A stretch of 64,000 nt of DNA from Promethearchaeia archaeon (GCA_029856105.1 JAHQWH010000189.1:32001-96000), one strand, 5' to 3'; shown: positions 10,052-21,342, numbered from the stretch's first letter. Notes: generated by a model from the sequence alone, not told the origin. Made by a program: numbers and translations.

Positions 10052-11410
10052 TTACAAATTATGTTTATTTTTCAGAAATTTTAATAAATTTTCTAAAAGC
10101 TCAAGAGATTTTCCTATGTAGTTATGTGGATTTAATAAATCATCAATTTCATCTTTTGTAAAACTTTCCGTTATATTTCCATTTTCTAATAAGATTTCTT
10201 TAATAAAACGATTTTCTTTTTTTGCTTTTATTGCTGCTTTTCTTAAAATTTCATGCCCTTCTTGTCTTCCGATACCTTTTTCAACTAAATTCAACATGAT
10301 TTTTTCAGATAAACAAGCTCCCTTGGTAAGATTTAAATTTTCTTCTATTCTTTCCTCATCAAATTCAACTTCTTGGATAATACTTGTTAATTGTATTATC
10401 ATAAAATCTAACAGTATGAAATTTTCAGCAAAAATTATCCTTTCGTTAGCAGAATTCGTTAAATCTCTTTCATCTTCTAATATAATATTATCTAAAGCGG
10501 GTATAATATTGGATTTTAAAACCCTAGCTAAACTACAAATTCGTTCAGATTTATGGGGATTTCTCTTATGAGGCATCGTCGAGCTTCCTACTTGGGTCTT
10601 TTTGAAAGGTTCAAACATCTCAGCGATTTCATTTCTTTGGAGCACTCGAAATTGCCTTGCGACTTTAGCTAGTGATTGTCCGATCAACGCTGTTAAAAAG
10701 AGAACTTCAGCGTGACGATCTCTCTGAATTATTTGGTTCGCGATTAAAGCTGGATATAATCCAAGCTCTTTCGTTATGAAATTCTGAATTTCAATACCTT
10801 TCTCTCCGAAACTCGCCATATTTCCTACGGCACCCGACATTTTACCATATGATATCCGATTTAGAGTTTCTTTTAACCTATCTAAATGTCTATCTATTTC
10901 ATATGCCCACACGCCGAATCTCATCCCATATGTAGTTGGAATAGCGTGTTGTCCGTGAGTTCTTCCTATACAAACAAGCGATTTCTTATCTTGTATAACT
11001 TTTATTAGTTCTATTAATAGCTTTTTTAAAGAATTAGTGATATATGTTATAGCTTCTTTTAACTGTAATCCTGTTGCTGTATCTTCAATATCGTAACTTG
11101 TTGCCCCCAAATGGATGTATTTTCCAGCATTTCCTTCACATTGTTCTGATAAAGCCTTAACCATAGCCATTAAATCGTGATGAATTTCATTATCAATCTC
11201 TTTTACCCGATTTAATTTAACATAATTCAAATTAGCTTTCTTACATATCTCTTCTGCGGACTCTTGAGGAATATTGCCCCATTTAGCATGTGCTTTTGCT
11301 AATACTGCCTCAACTTTTAACCAATTCTCTAATTTTTTTTCTTCTGTAAAAATTTCAGCTATTTTAGTTCGATAACGAGTTTCAACTGGATTAATAAATT
11401 TATGATCCAT
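10052..11410 (-). CDS. purB: Adenylosuccinate lyase
   Basis: H.GATS.D, GRTHGQHA.P, GSSTMPHKRNP signature. Confidence 0.97.
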   Translation of the reverse strand: MDHKFINPVETRYRTKIAEIFTEEKKLENWLKVEAVLAKAHAKWGNIPQESAEEICKKANLNYVKLNRVKEIDNEIHHDLMAMVKALSEQCEGNAGKYIHLGATSYDIEDTATGLQLKEAITYITNSLKKLLIELIKVIQDKKSLVCIGRTHGQHAIPTTYGMRFGVWAYEIDRHLDRLKETLNRISYGKMSGAVGNMASFGEKGIEIQNFITKELGLYPALIANQIIQRDRHAEVLFLTALIGQSLAKVARQFRVLQRNEIAEMFEPFKKTQVGSSTMPHKRNPHKSERICSLARVLKSNIIPALDNIILEDERDLTNSANERIIFAENFILLDFMIIQLTSIIQEVEFDEERIEENLNLTKGACLSEKIMLNLVEKGIGRQEGHEILRKAAIKAKKENRFIKEILLENGNITESFTKDEIDDLLNPHNYIGKSLELLENLLKFLKNKHNL

Positions 11411-11538
11411 GGCTAACTAACTTATTGATCTTTTATTTCTATAATAGAAATAATCTATGATCAATTATTATTCTTTTTTTAAATTTCTATTAAAAAGCGA
11501 ATATCTACGAAAATTTAAAAAGTTTTAAAAATAAGATT

Positions 11539-12267
11539 TTAGTTCTGATGACCTGTTCTCCTAGCGGCTATTTGTCCCACCTTTCTACCCGGAGGGGCAT
11601 TTCTCGAGGTTGTTGTTGGTTTATGAGGACTTTGTTTTGCGCCACCTCCGTAGGGGTGACTTGCTGCGTTCATCGTGACTCCGCGAACAACCGGCCATTT
11701 TATAGCTTTAGATCGTACATAATGGTGTTTATTACCGGCTTTTAAAAAAGGTTTATCGGTTCTTCCGCCACCAGCAACAACTCCAACTGTACAAAGGCAA
11801 TTTTCATTAAACCATTTAGTTTTTTTTGATCGAAATAGCACTTCAATGTTTTTACCCGATTTATTTCTTACAATGGCGCCTACTCCAGATGCTCGCGCAA
11901 ATTTCCCACCATCTTGCGGAGTTCCCTCAATATTAAATACAAGAGTCCCTAAAGGGATTTTTTTCACGGGTAAGATATTTCCTACTTTCACTTCTTGGCC
12001 ATATCCCGTTTTAGACTGAATAAATTCTTGTCCTTCATAAATTCCTTCTGGAGGTAACCATAAACTTTTTTCCCCATCTTCGTAACTAATTCTAGCTACT
12101 GGGGCCCCTCTACCTGGAGCGTGAACGAATTCAATCACTTTAAATTTTAATAATTTTTCATTCTTTTTGAAGGGACGATACTTTACCATTCCTACATGTC
12201 GGTGACTTGGAGATCGAGCCCATAAATGGCCGTATCCTTTTCTTTGAGCTAAAATTCGCTTTCCCAT
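11539..12267 (-). CDS. rpl2: 50S ribosomal protein uL2
   Basis: MGKRILAQRKG start, GGKFARASG, VRGVTMNAASHPYGGG, PPGRKVG. Confidence 0.96.
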   Translation of the reverse strand: MGKRILAQRKGYGHLWARSPSHRHVGMVKYRPFKKNEKLLKFKVIEFVHAPGRGAPVARISYEDGEKSLWLPPEGIYEGQEFIQSKTGYGQEVKVGNILPVKKIPLGTLVFNIEGTPQDGGKFARASGVGAIVRNKSGKNIEVLFRSKKTKWFNENCLCTVGVVAGGGRTDKPFLKAGNKHHYVRSKAIKWPVVRGVTMNAASHPYGGGAKQSPHKPTTTSRNAPPGRKVGQIAARRTGHQN

Positions 12268-12374
12268 AAAGATCACTTACTATCGAATTAGTAATATCTA
12301 ATTAATAAAAGTTTAAATTTTTTATTATTTTAGTTAGAATTTATTTAATTTTAAGATAAAACAAGAGAAACAAA

Positions 12375-13733
12375 TTATAATTTTTTATTTTTTAATAACT
12401 CGTCTATATTATAATTGAAAGCGATTGGAACTTCTCTATCGATAAACTCTCCAGCAATGTTAGTTAACAACAGTTCTTTGATTTCTCTTAGATCGTTTGT
12501 TTGGCCTAGTACCCAACCTAATTTAACGTACCCAACTTCTGGTAAGAGGTTCCTACCTGGAATAACGCCTAAATGTTGTAATTCTCTCCCAGTGGAATAC
12601 ACATTCATCCCCACAAAACCATGTAAAGTTTGCGTGGTCATAAGAATAGTAATTCCTTCTTGAATAGCTCTTTCAATAGCTTTATAAACATAAGTGCTGA
12701 CATGTCCAAGCCCTGTTCCAGCAAATACTATACCTTTATAACCTTTATCTATATAAAATTCAATTTGTTCATTTTCCATTCCGGGATAAGAATAAATGAG
12801 AGCTACTTTCTTCTCAAAATTCGTATTGATAGTAGTTTCAGATTGACTTCGTTTTCTGTAATTATTTTTAAATGTTTTAATCTTCCTGTCCCTTACCATT
12901 CCTAATGGAATATCATCAATAGTACGAAAAGTATCTCTTACTGAGGAATGCATTTTTCTTACTATTGTTCCTCTATGAATTAATCCATAATCATGTGAAG
13001 GAGAACCTAGCATAGTTACTACAACCTCAGCTATATCAGAAGTAGCTACAATAGCAGCGTTTATCAGGTTTAAAGCAGCATCAGAAGAAGGGCGATCGGA
13101 GCTTCTTTGACTCCCTGTTAACACAACTGGAATAGCCAAATCTTTTAACATGAATGATAAAGCGGCGCTAGTGAATGTCATTGTATCTGTTCCATGGCCT
13201 ATAATTACTCCATCAAAACCAGAATCTACGGCTTGTTTAACTTTTTCTGCTAATTTTTGCCAATATTCAAATTTCATATTTTCTGATAATATCTCAAAAA
13301 CAATTTCGCAATCAAGATTACAAATTTCGGCCAATTCAGGAACGGAACTAAATAACTCACTTGGGGTAAAAGAAGGTATAACCGCCCCAGTCGTATAATC
13401 TAATCTTGAAGCAACCGTTCCTCCAGTTCCTAATAATTGAAGCTTAGGCAAATCTTTATTGTAAGGAAATTCTTTTTCTGGAAATTTGTAATTAGCTTCT
13501 CTTTTTCCAATTTTTTTTATATTTTGTATCTCAGAGACATTTATTCCAACATTATAGTTGTTTTCTAACTTGATTTCTATAAAATCAGGAGCAGAATATT
13601 CGCTTCTTGGCATTACTATTCCTTCCAATTGTGTTTTATTTGTAGTGATTTGAATGATATCCCAGATCTCAATTGTATACTTCTTTAAAATATCTATAGA
13701 TTTGCCTTTATATCCTTTTAATTTATCTTCCAC
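12375..13733 (-). CDS. gatD: Glu-tRNA(Gln) amidotransferase subunit D
   Basis: TGGTVASRLDY.TG, HGTDTM, SQRSSDRPSSD; adjacent to gatE. Confidence 0.96.
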   Translation of the reverse strand: MEDKLKGYKGKSIDILKKYTIEIWDIIQITTNKTQLEGIVMPRSEYSAPDFIEIKLENNYNVGINVSEIQNIKKIGKREANYKFPEKEFPYNKDLPKLQLLGTGGTVASRLDYTTGAVIPSFTPSELFSSVPELAEICNLDCEIVFEILSENMKFEYWQKLAEKVKQAVDSGFDGVIIGHGTDTMTFTSAALSFMLKDLAIPVVLTGSQRSSDRPSSDAALNLINAAIVATSDIAEVVVTMLGSPSHDYGLIHRGTIVRKMHSSVRDTFRTIDDIPLGMVRDRKIKTFKNNYRKRSQSETTINTNFEKKVALIYSYPGMENEQIEFYIDKGYKGIVFAGTGLGHVSTYVYKAIERAIQEGITILMTTQTLHGFVGMNVYSTGRELQHLGVIPGRNLLPEVGYVKLGWVLGQTNDLREIKELLLTNIAGEFIDREVPIAFNYNIDELLKNKKL

Positions 13734-15653
13734 TTATTTCATCTCCTTTAATTTGTTTGATATCTGTATCTTCAATTCTTTAGAAACGATCTCACCATCT
13801 ATTTTTCCCCGTACTTTTTTCATCACTTCTCCCATTAGTGGTCCCATGGATCTCATTCCTCTTTCTTTAATGATTTTTAAGTTTTTATTTACTATTTCAT
13901 TAATTATTATTTTTAAATCTTCAAATGAAAGAGCTTCAAGATGTAGTTTCTCGATTGATTGTTCGATAGTGAGGTTTGGAGAATCTGCTTTTAATCTCAT
14001 TATATCTTCGATAGCTTCCTTTCCAATTTTTTTATTTTTCAATTCTAGGAAAATTTTTTTATAATCGTCATTAGTTATATTTTCTATTATTTTTCCTTCC
14101 CGCTTAATTGCTTTTGCTGTGTTTAATAATGTTGTTATGATTATTGAAGGTTTCGCAGGGTAAATATCTATTAAGCTGTCAAATAGAGATAACTTCCCTT
14201 TAAAAATTAATTTTTTAATGGAACTCTGTTCAACTTTGTACATTTTAGCATAATCTTCAATTATATCCCAAGGATAATTAGGTAAAGTCTTTTGAATTTG
14301 TTCAGTTACTTCTATTGTATTCATTATTGCTTGTGAATCTGTATCAGGATATAACCGTGCTCCACCATGTAATTCTCTCAAGAATTCAGTATTTCCATTG
14401 TCAAGCGCTTTTCTTGTTTCAGGCGGAACACCTTTAAAAACATACTTTATCCGATTAATGATTATATCTGCTGCTTTTTTAAGTTCTTTAGTAGTTCCCA
14501 AAACTAAAACAAAGCAATCTTTTTCTTTTGAATTCAATTTATTTTGGATTTTTTTTATTTCGGCTTGTGAAAAATTATAATTCTCTAATTTTTCATCAGA
14601 ATGAATGATCCCCTTTAGGCCTGAAATAACTTTTACCTTACTACTTACTTCGGTACCGAATCTATAATCTTCCATTAGCACCTTTCCAAAAATACCTTTG
14701 AAACCTTTAAAATTTAAACCATAGAGTTTTTTTCCCGATTTTATACCAGTTGCAATGGACTTTGATCCAGTTTTTCCCAATAAACTAGTTAAATCTACGG
14801 GCTCCTGAGAGATGTCATTTTCACTTACTTTTCGATTTTTTAATTCTTCTCTAATCTCTATTAGGTTTAGTTGACGTGAAATTTCATGATTAACCAATAA
14901 GGGTATCCAACTCAATTTTTGAACTCCTTTAATTTCAATCCTGGTTCCAGATTTAATGCTTACATTAATATCTTGCCTGATCGAGCCAAGAACTTTTTTT
15001 ACATTAGTCATCCATAGTAACAATCCAATCCTTTCAGCACATTCTCTACATTCTTCAGGTGTGTTTATATCCGGTTGTGTTGTTACTTCTACTAATGGAA
15101 TTCCTTGGCGATCTAACCTGTAAAAATTAGTTTTATTTTCAGTTTTTATTTTCCTAGCGGCTTCTTCTTCTAAACTTAATATACCAATTCTGATTTTTTT
15201 ACCCTTCTTCAAAGTTATATATCCATCTGTTCCCAAAATCATTGTGCGCTGAAACCCAGAAGGGACGCTTCCATCAAGATAATTTTTCCTACTTACATGC
15301 ATCTCTTCAATAATATTTGCTTTAAGAAGTAAAGCTAATTTTAAGGCAATTTTTCTAGCTTCCTCATTACAGGAAAACGGTGGGGTATCGTCTAACTCGT
15401 AAGTACAAATTACGTCGTTGTAACCTTCATAAATGATAGTCTTACCCTTTTTATATTCTGTCAGCATGGCTTTATCAAATGTGCCCATTTCTCCCAAAAC
15501 GGGTCTCATATACCTCTTTGTGTAAAAATCGGGTACCCTAGTTCCTTGAAGTTTACTTGGGCATCTACAAAACAGTTTAGTTTCTGTATCAAGTTGTTGA
15601 TGAATTTCTAAGCCACATTTTAATCCTAATTCTTCATAATCGAAATTGTACAT
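13734..15653 (-). CDS. gatE: Glu-tRNA(Gln) amidotransferase subunit E
   Basis: GLEIHQQL, DGS..SGFQRT, LDR.GIPLVE, IRQDINVSI, R.YP.TD. Confidence 0.96.
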   Translation of the reverse strand: MYNFDYEELGLKCGLEIHQQLDTETKLFCRCPSKLQGTRVPDFYTKRYMRPVLGEMGTFDKAMLTEYKKGKTIIYEGYNDVICTYELDDTPPFSCNEEARKIALKLALLLKANIIEEMHVSRKNYLDGSVPSGFQRTMILGTDGYITLKKGKKIRIGILSLEEEAARKIKTENKTNFYRLDRQGIPLVEVTTQPDINTPEECRECAERIGLLLWMTNVKKVLGSIRQDINVSIKSGTRIEIKGVQKLSWIPLLVNHEISRQLNLIEIREELKNRKVSENDISQEPVDLTSLLGKTGSKSIATGIKSGKKLYGLNFKGFKGIFGKVLMEDYRFGTEVSSKVKVISGLKGIIHSDEKLENYNFSQAEIKKIQNKLNSKEKDCFVLVLGTTKELKKAADIIINRIKYVFKGVPPETRKALDNGNTEFLRELHGGARLYPDTDSQAIMNTIEVTEQIQKTLPNYPWDIIEDYAKMYKVEQSSIKKLIFKGKLSLFDSLIDIYPAKPSIIITTLLNTAKAIKREGKIIENITNDDYKKIFLELKNKKIGKEAIEDIMRLKADSPNLTIEQSIEKLHLEALSFEDLKIIINEIVNKNLKIIKERGMRSMGPLMGEVMKKVRGKIDGEIVSKELKIQISNKLKEMK

Positions 15654-15825
15654 ATTAAATCATTTTAGAATAATATACTACTACTATAAACTGTTTAATT
15701 CATTTTATAATTTTAATATATTGTATGTAAATACATTAAGATAGGAAATCAAACTTATTTTTATTGCCCTTATGCAGCTGATAAAATGCTTATTTGTTAT
15801 AGTAAGACTTTAGTAGTGCAATTCT

Positions 15826-16050
15826 TTAGAATTTAGAATAGCAATATCGTGCTTTGATGTCATCTTGAACGGCTCTTGGTAGTTCTGTATACCTAGCACT
15901 GTAACCTGATACTCTAACCATCAAATCTTTGAATATATCTGGATATTTTTAAGCGTTTCTAGAGAAATTGAGTTAAATTGTAAATGAGAACCATTTAATT
16001 TTACATATGTTCTTAATATTGATTCGAAAATCTTTCCATGGTTTAATAAA
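15826..16050 (-). pseudogene. Remnant of a glycyl-radical enzyme C-terminal domain (PFL/GRE family)
   Basis: Reverse strand reads ...GKIFESILRTYVKLNGSHLQFNSISLETLK, then frameshift, then KYPDIFKDLMVRVSGYSARYTELPRAVQDDIKARYCYSKF*; RVSGY at 15901-15915; no upstream catalytic domain. Confidence 0.8.
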
Positions 16051-16237
16051 TCACAGATAATTACGATAATAATTTGATAAATTAATTAAGATTTAATTTT
16101 ATTTCTTTTAAATCTTTAATTATTATATTAAATAACTCGAATTAATGCTATTACAAAATAAATTAAGCGCAAATGTAAAAGAAAAACCAAATTATGATAA
16201 ACGAATAAAAAGGAATTTAGTTAATCACGATGTATAA

Positions 16238-17311
16238 TTATTCTAAATAAAATTTTTCATCAATGTTTGAAATTGTTGAATGTTGCGATAGGAAATTTAA
16301 TAAAAACTCTCTATCTTCGTTATTTTTTTGTTTTGAGAGTCTAATAACGAAACTTAATTCTTCTTCACTTTCTATATCTATCCAATGTAATCTCTCAAAA
16401 TATTTCAGAATGTTTAAAATAAAGTTAGAATCTTTTGAATGGTTTTCCACTTCTTTTATAATTAGGTTAAACCATTTGTTTTTAACTTTATTATCTTTAA
16501 AGCCAATAAAAACGCCCTTATCCTTCGCCATTTTCATCCACAGGTAAAAATCCTCATTGTTAATTATTTTATAATAATTTGTCAAAAATGATAAGTTATG
16601 TTCTATAAGCTTAAATCGTTCCCTTCGAGCTATATCTTTTTGAAAAAGTAAATCTGTTGCTATCATATCGAATCTGCAATATAAATCTGTTTCAGAAAAG
16701 GTCATATCTGTTATTTTGACGCCTAAAATAGCTAGTAAAGCCGCGTTAAATTTGCAATTCTCGAAAAACAAATTTCTATAGGCTCCAATATATTCAAAAA
16801 CACCTTTAGCGTATTTAGAATTTTCCTCTGAAAAAATATCTATTCTTATTTCTTTTGTTAATTTATTCTTTAAATAGAATTTTTTAGCTCTCTCGAACCT
16901 TTCCTTTAACTCTCGATAGTCAAATGGTTTTAAACCACCTGTAAAATACTTTCTAATTCCGAACAAAAATCGAGGAAATTCATGAAAAGTAAAGTTTGTG
17001 TATCTATTCGATTTTAAAATGAACTCGTAAAATGGAATGATTCCCTTGAATGTAAACTGATCGAAAAAATCTTTAGTTTCCTCGTCAATAAATCTTTTAA
17101 AATCATCTAAAGATTTTCCACTTTTAAAACTTTCCATGGTTTGTTCCATAACATAGTTATAAAAAGCCGATACGCTTTTAAATCTCTTGTCATCGGGATT
17201 TTTTCTTTGATTCACTTTAACGTATCTTTCTATCCACTCCTTAAGCGCAGGGGATAAAGATATCGTTTGTTGAGCTGTTTTTTTATTAGATAGATATTTT
17301 TTATTAGTCAT
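16238..17311 (-). CDS. Hypothetical protein with N-terminal RHH-like DNA-binding segment
   Basis: 357-aa ORF; QTISLSPALKEWIERYV...SVSAF looks like an RHH beta-helix-helix. Confidence 0.55.
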   Translation of the reverse strand: MTNKKYLSNKKTAQQTISLSPALKEWIERYVKVNQRKNPDDKRFKSVSAFYNYVMEQTMESFKSGKSLDDFKRFIDEETKDFFDQFTFKGIIPFYEFILKSNRYTNFTFHEFPRFLFGIRKYFTGGLKPFDYRELKERFERAKKFYLKNKLTKEIRIDIFSEENSKYAKGVFEYIGAYRNLFFENCKFNAALLAILGVKITDMTFSETDLYCRFDMIATDLLFQKDIARRERFKLIEHNLSFLTNYYKIINNEDFYLWMKMAKDKGVFIGFKDNKVKNKWFNLIIKEVENHSKDSNFILNILKYFERLHWIDIESEEELSFVIRLSKQKNNEDREFLLNFLSQHSTISNIDEKFYLE

Positions 17312-17829
17312 TTATCTAACCCTTTTTAGATAATATTATGCATAAATTTCATTATATATTAATTTATAAAAATGTCAAAGTATTTAAAATTTAAGTAGAA
17401 ATTATTGTTTGATTTAATTTTTTTGAAGGTACATTTCTGCCACATATAGAGCAAAAATCTGAATTTTCAACTTAATAGATATAAAATTACAAAAACGAAA
17501 GTTCTTTTTAAATTTATATTTAAAATATTAATCAGTTTTATTTATAATACAATACATCTAAGTTATTAATAGGTTTAAATCATTGATTTTTTCAACAAGA
17601 CCAATTTCAATCAATATTTTTGAATTTTTGATCAAAAAATTTTAAGTAGTACCTTTTATAAAGAGAAAAGCAATAATCTAAATGAACATAACTCTGAAAA
17701 AAAAAAGCTTTTAATTTATTAAAAGGGAGACTCCTGTCAAAAAGACCAAACATAGGGTTAGGAGGATTATTAGGATTTAGCTTATCCAGGGCGAAATCTT
17801 AACACTCTTAAGTATAGTTAAATTTATTA

Positions 17830-19458
17830 TTATAATTTCTTTGAGACATAGTATCCATCAAGCTTATAACCCATTTTATAAAACCAATCCCTCGCTCCAA
17901 TACCACTTATTACGGCTAACTTTTTAGAGTAATAATCTTCAACAGCAATTTTTTCAGCGTTTTCCATTAACAATTTCCCATAACCTCGATGCTGAAGCTG
18001 GGTGTTATTACGTGGTTTTGCATCTTTAGCAACTAATTCACCTACTACTCTAACTTCTCTTATAATCATTGTTTTGCCATCCCTCAACTCAGGTCTATGA
18101 GCAAATTCAGAAGGTTTTCTCAATCTCAAATAACCTACCAAATAACCTTCCTCTTTGTTTTCATAAGAAAGAAAGGTTTCTTGTCCTAGAGATGCCTTAT
18201 AATCTAAACGATTTAATTTTATATTATTAAAAAAACCTTCTTCGACATTTTTTTCTCTTTTTATTATCCCATATTCTCGGCATCTAATACAATTACAATG
18301 GATATCAAGCTCTTTTAATCTCTTATTAACAAGTTGCCTTAAATTACTTTTATTACATCCAGCCTCAATTAAAAACGCTGGTATATCCCTCATGATTCGC
18401 TGGATTCTAACATAAGGAGGAAGATGTTGTTTTATTTTTGCGATTAAATTAATCAACTCATCTAATGAGTACGGTGTATATCTACCATCCTTCCACCAAT
18501 CATACAATTTAGTTCCTTTAATTACCAAACAGGGGTAGATTTTTAACATATCAGGACGATATTCTGGATGAGAAAATAGAATATCAAATGATTCAAGATC
18601 TTTAGCAAAGTTAGATCCTGGTAAATTAGGCATCATATGGGCATTTATTTTTAAACCTGCATCCTTAGCAATCCTAATAGCATCTATACTATCTTGAGTT
18701 GTATGACCTCGGTTATTTTTTTTATAAATTTCATCAAATACTGTCTGAATTCCAATTTCTACTCTAGTAGCCCCATAATTTAGCATCCTATCAACATATG
18801 GCTCTGTGCAATAATCAGGTCGGGTTTCAATTGTTAAACCTATTAATCTTCTTTTTGATTTTTCTGACAATCTTTTTACTTCTTCTAATGTTTTAACTCT
18901 CTTTTCAAGAATTCCTTCATATGCCCCTTTAATGAACTCTTCTTGATAAATAATAGCAGAGGATAAGAATGTTCCCCCCATTACGATTAATTCGATTTTA
19001 TCAACCGTATGACCTATCGCTTCTAAATCCTCAATTCTACTTTTAACTTGTCTGTAAGCATCATAATTATTGTGAATAGATCTCATCGCAGCCGGTTCTT
19101 GACCAGTATACGATTGAGCTACTTTTTGACCTGGTTGGGAATCTTGACCAGGGCAATAAATACATGTTCCAGGACATGGGAGCGGTTTCGTCATAATAGC
19201 TATAACGGATATCCCCGATAGTGTTCGTGTAGTTCGTCTTCTTAATAATTGAGTTAAAATTTGTTTTTCTTCTTCTGTTGAATAGCTTAGTATTGTTGCA
19301 TTCTTTAATACTTCATTAAAATTAAATTCTTTAGCATATTTTCCCTTAATATTAGTAATCTTTTCGCGAGGTGTATTTGGATGCTTCAGGAGATAATTAA
19401 TTATAGCAAGAGCGATCTTTTTAATTTTCTCATTATTAATAGATTCAGATGATTCCAT
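17830..19458 (-). CDS. elp3: Elongator tRNA U34 acetyltransferase Elp3 (radical SAM + KAT)
   Basis: CPGTCIYCP, QSYTG.EP, TIETRPD, KIYP, QHRGYG..L, SGIG.R..Y. Confidence 0.96.
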   Translation of the reverse strand: MESSESINNEKIKKIALAIINYLLKHPNTPREKITNIKGKYAKEFNFNEVLKNATILSYSTEEEKQILTQLLRRRTTRTLSGISVIAIMTKPLPCPGTCIYCPGQDSQPGQKVAQSYTGQEPAAMRSIHNNYDAYRQVKSRIEDLEAIGHTVDKIELIVMGGTFLSSAIIYQEEFIKGAYEGILEKRVKTLEEVKRLSEKSKRRLIGLTIETRPDYCTEPYVDRMLNYGATRVEIGIQTVFDEIYKKNNRGHTTQDSIDAIRIAKDAGLKINAHMMPNLPGSNFAKDLESFDILFSHPEYRPDMLKIYPCLVIKGTKLYDWWKDGRYTPYSLDELINLIAKIKQHLPPYVRIQRIMRDIPAFLIEAGCNKSNLRQLVNKRLKELDIHCNCIRCREYGIIKREKNVEEGFFNNIKLNRLDYKASLGQETFLSYENKEEGYLVGYLRLRKPSEFAHRPELRDGKTMIIREVRVVGELVAKDAKPRNNTQLQHRGYGKLLMENAEKIAVEDYYSKKLAVISGIGARDWFYKMGYKLDGYYVSKKL

Positions 19459-19498
19459 TCACATCAAATTTGTATAAAATAATAAGGATATCTATATG

Positions 19499-20353
19499 TT
19501 AATCTAAAGGGATTTTCTTACCAGAAAAATCTCTTTTATATTTACCAAAATCACCCATTTGTCTTAAATTTTTCGAATCGAATACGGGTCCATCCTTACA
19601 CACTAATAACCCTAAAGGATCAACAGCGCATAATCCGCATAAACCACATCCGCATCTCATAATTCGTTCTAGACTAGCCTGTAGCTTAATACTATATTTT
19701 TCGCATATTTGAAATACTTTAAAAATCATTTTTTCAGGTCCACAAGTATATGCGATAAGGTTAGGAATTTCAGATTTAGAATAATTTTTAACTAAACTTT
19801 CAAAAGTTTCAGAAGCGAATCCTTTTAATCCATAACTTCCATCGTCAGTACTATAAATAACCTCTGAATATTCATGATCAAAAGATTGGAAATCATTAAT
19901 AAACATTATTTCTTCACTAAATTTAGCACCTTCAATAATAGTGAATTCTAAGTTTTTTTTCATTATTTCTAATGAAAGACATTTAAGAGGTGCCATTCCA
20001 ATTCCACCTCCAATTAAAATGAGTTTTTTCGAAGAATCATTTGGAAGTATGAAATTATTACCTAATGGACCTCTGATACCAATAAAATCACCAATTTTTA
20101 AATTATGAATTGCATTTGTACATTCTCCAACATCTTTTACAGTGATCGCCCAATTACCTTTGTCATCATAGCTAGATAATGACATTGGAACCTCATCAAC
20201 ACCAGGAACCCAAACCATCACAAATTGCCCAGCTTTAGGAATAATATATCCTCCATGATTTCCTTCTATCATATTAAAAAAAATAGTCTTAACTCCCTTA
20301 CATTCATTTGTAATATCTTTAATTTTCATCGTCTTGATTGTGTTTTCAGTCAA
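19499..20353 (-). CDS. pyrK: Dihydroorotate dehydrogenase electron transfer subunit
   Basis: GQFVMVW, RGPLG, GGGIG.APL, CGP, MRCGCGLCGLC...VC.DGPVF. Confidence 0.93.
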   Translation of the reverse strand: MTENTIKTMKIKDITNECKGVKTIFFNMIEGNHGGYIIPKAGQFVMVWVPGVDEVPMSLSSYDDKGNWAITVKDVGECTNAIHNLKIGDFIGIRGPLGNNFILPNDSSKKLILIGGGIGMAPLKCLSLEIMKKNLEFTIIEGAKFSEEIMFINDFQSFDHEYSEVIYSTDDGSYGLKGFASETFESLVKNYSKSEIPNLIAYTCGPEKMIFKVFQICEKYSIKLQASLERIMRCGCGLCGLCAVDPLGLLVCKDGPVFDSKNLRQMGDFGKYKRDFSGKKIPLD

Positions 20354-21272
20354 ATTCAGGCACCTCTTGAGTTTTAAATTGATGAGCTAACCCTTTTATA
20401 TCATTGAGAGAGTTTAAGTTATTTTTATTTAAATAATTCCGTAATCCATTGTTGATTTCTTGAATAATTTCAAGTCCGTTGTATAAAGCTGTACCTATTT
20501 GGACTGCTGAGGCTCCTGCTAGGAAAAGTTCAATCACATCTTCCCATGAGTCAATTCCTCCACATCCAATTATAGGAATGTTCAAAACCTTATATAAGTC
20601 ATATACTTTTTTCACAGCAATAGGATGAATTGCTTTTCCCGATAGTCCTCCACTTCCGTGAGACAAAATTGGCCTCTTGGTGTTAATATCGATCTTAATT
20701 GCGGTTAGGGTATTTATTGCAACAACTCCATCAGCACCCCCATTTTCTGCAGCTAAAGCAATTTCACTAAGGTTTGTAACGTTAGGGTTTAATTTAACAA
20801 AGAGTGGGACTGATAATTTTTTCTTTAATAATTTTGTTATTTTAAAGGTAAGGTCTTTATCAATACCAATAGAAGAAATTTCAGCATGAGGACAAGAAAT
20901 ATTTATTTCAATTGCATCTGCTCCTGCATTCTGAGCTTTTAGTGCTACATCTAAATATGTTTCATTACTATCTCCAAAGACACTAACAATCAAAGGTATT
21001 TTATGTGATTTTATTTCTTTAATTTCAGAGATAAAGTTATCAATCCCCGGATTACCAAGCCCTACACTATTGAGAAAAGTCCCTGGATATAATTCAATAA
21101 TTGAAGGATTTTTAAATCCCTTTCTAGGTTTAGGCCCAATAGATTTAGTTGTTATAGCACCTATTCCGATATTAATCAATCTTAACATCGTAGAATAAGA
21201 CACTCCTAAAATGCCAGAAGCTAAAATCAAAGGAGAGTTTAACTTTAAACCAGAAATATTTACTTCAAGCAT
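20346..21272 (-). CDS. pyrD: Dihydroorotate dehydrogenase (NAD+), catalytic subunit
   Basis: NISCPH, VKLNPN, AINT, GGLSG, IIGCGGI, AVQIGT. Confidence 0.95.
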   Translation of the reverse strand: MLEVNISGLKLNSPLILASGILGVSYSTMLRLINIGIGAITTKSIGPKPRKGFKNPSIIELYPGTFLNSVGLGNPGIDNFISEIKEIKSHKIPLIVSVFGDSNETYLDVALKAQNAGADAIEINISCPHAEISSIGIDKDLTFKITKLLKKKLSVPLFVKLNPNVTNLSEIALAAENGGADGVVAINTLTAIKIDINTKRPILSHGSGGLSGKAIHPIAVKKVYDLYKVLNIPIIGCGGIDSWEDVIELFLAGASAVQIGTALYNGLEIIQEINNGLRNYLNKNNLNSLNDIKGLAHQFKTQEVPEFD

Positions 21273-21342
21273 TACTATTATAATATAAGAAATTATTATT
21301 ATTATTATTTGAGAAATTTTATTTACGCGTAGATTTAGAAAA

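Noticed and set aside
17312-17829. Possible ncRNA or C/D box sRNA in the long gap before elp3's 3' end
   Set aside because: No convincing C/D boxes, tRNA cloverleaf or stable stem found by eye.
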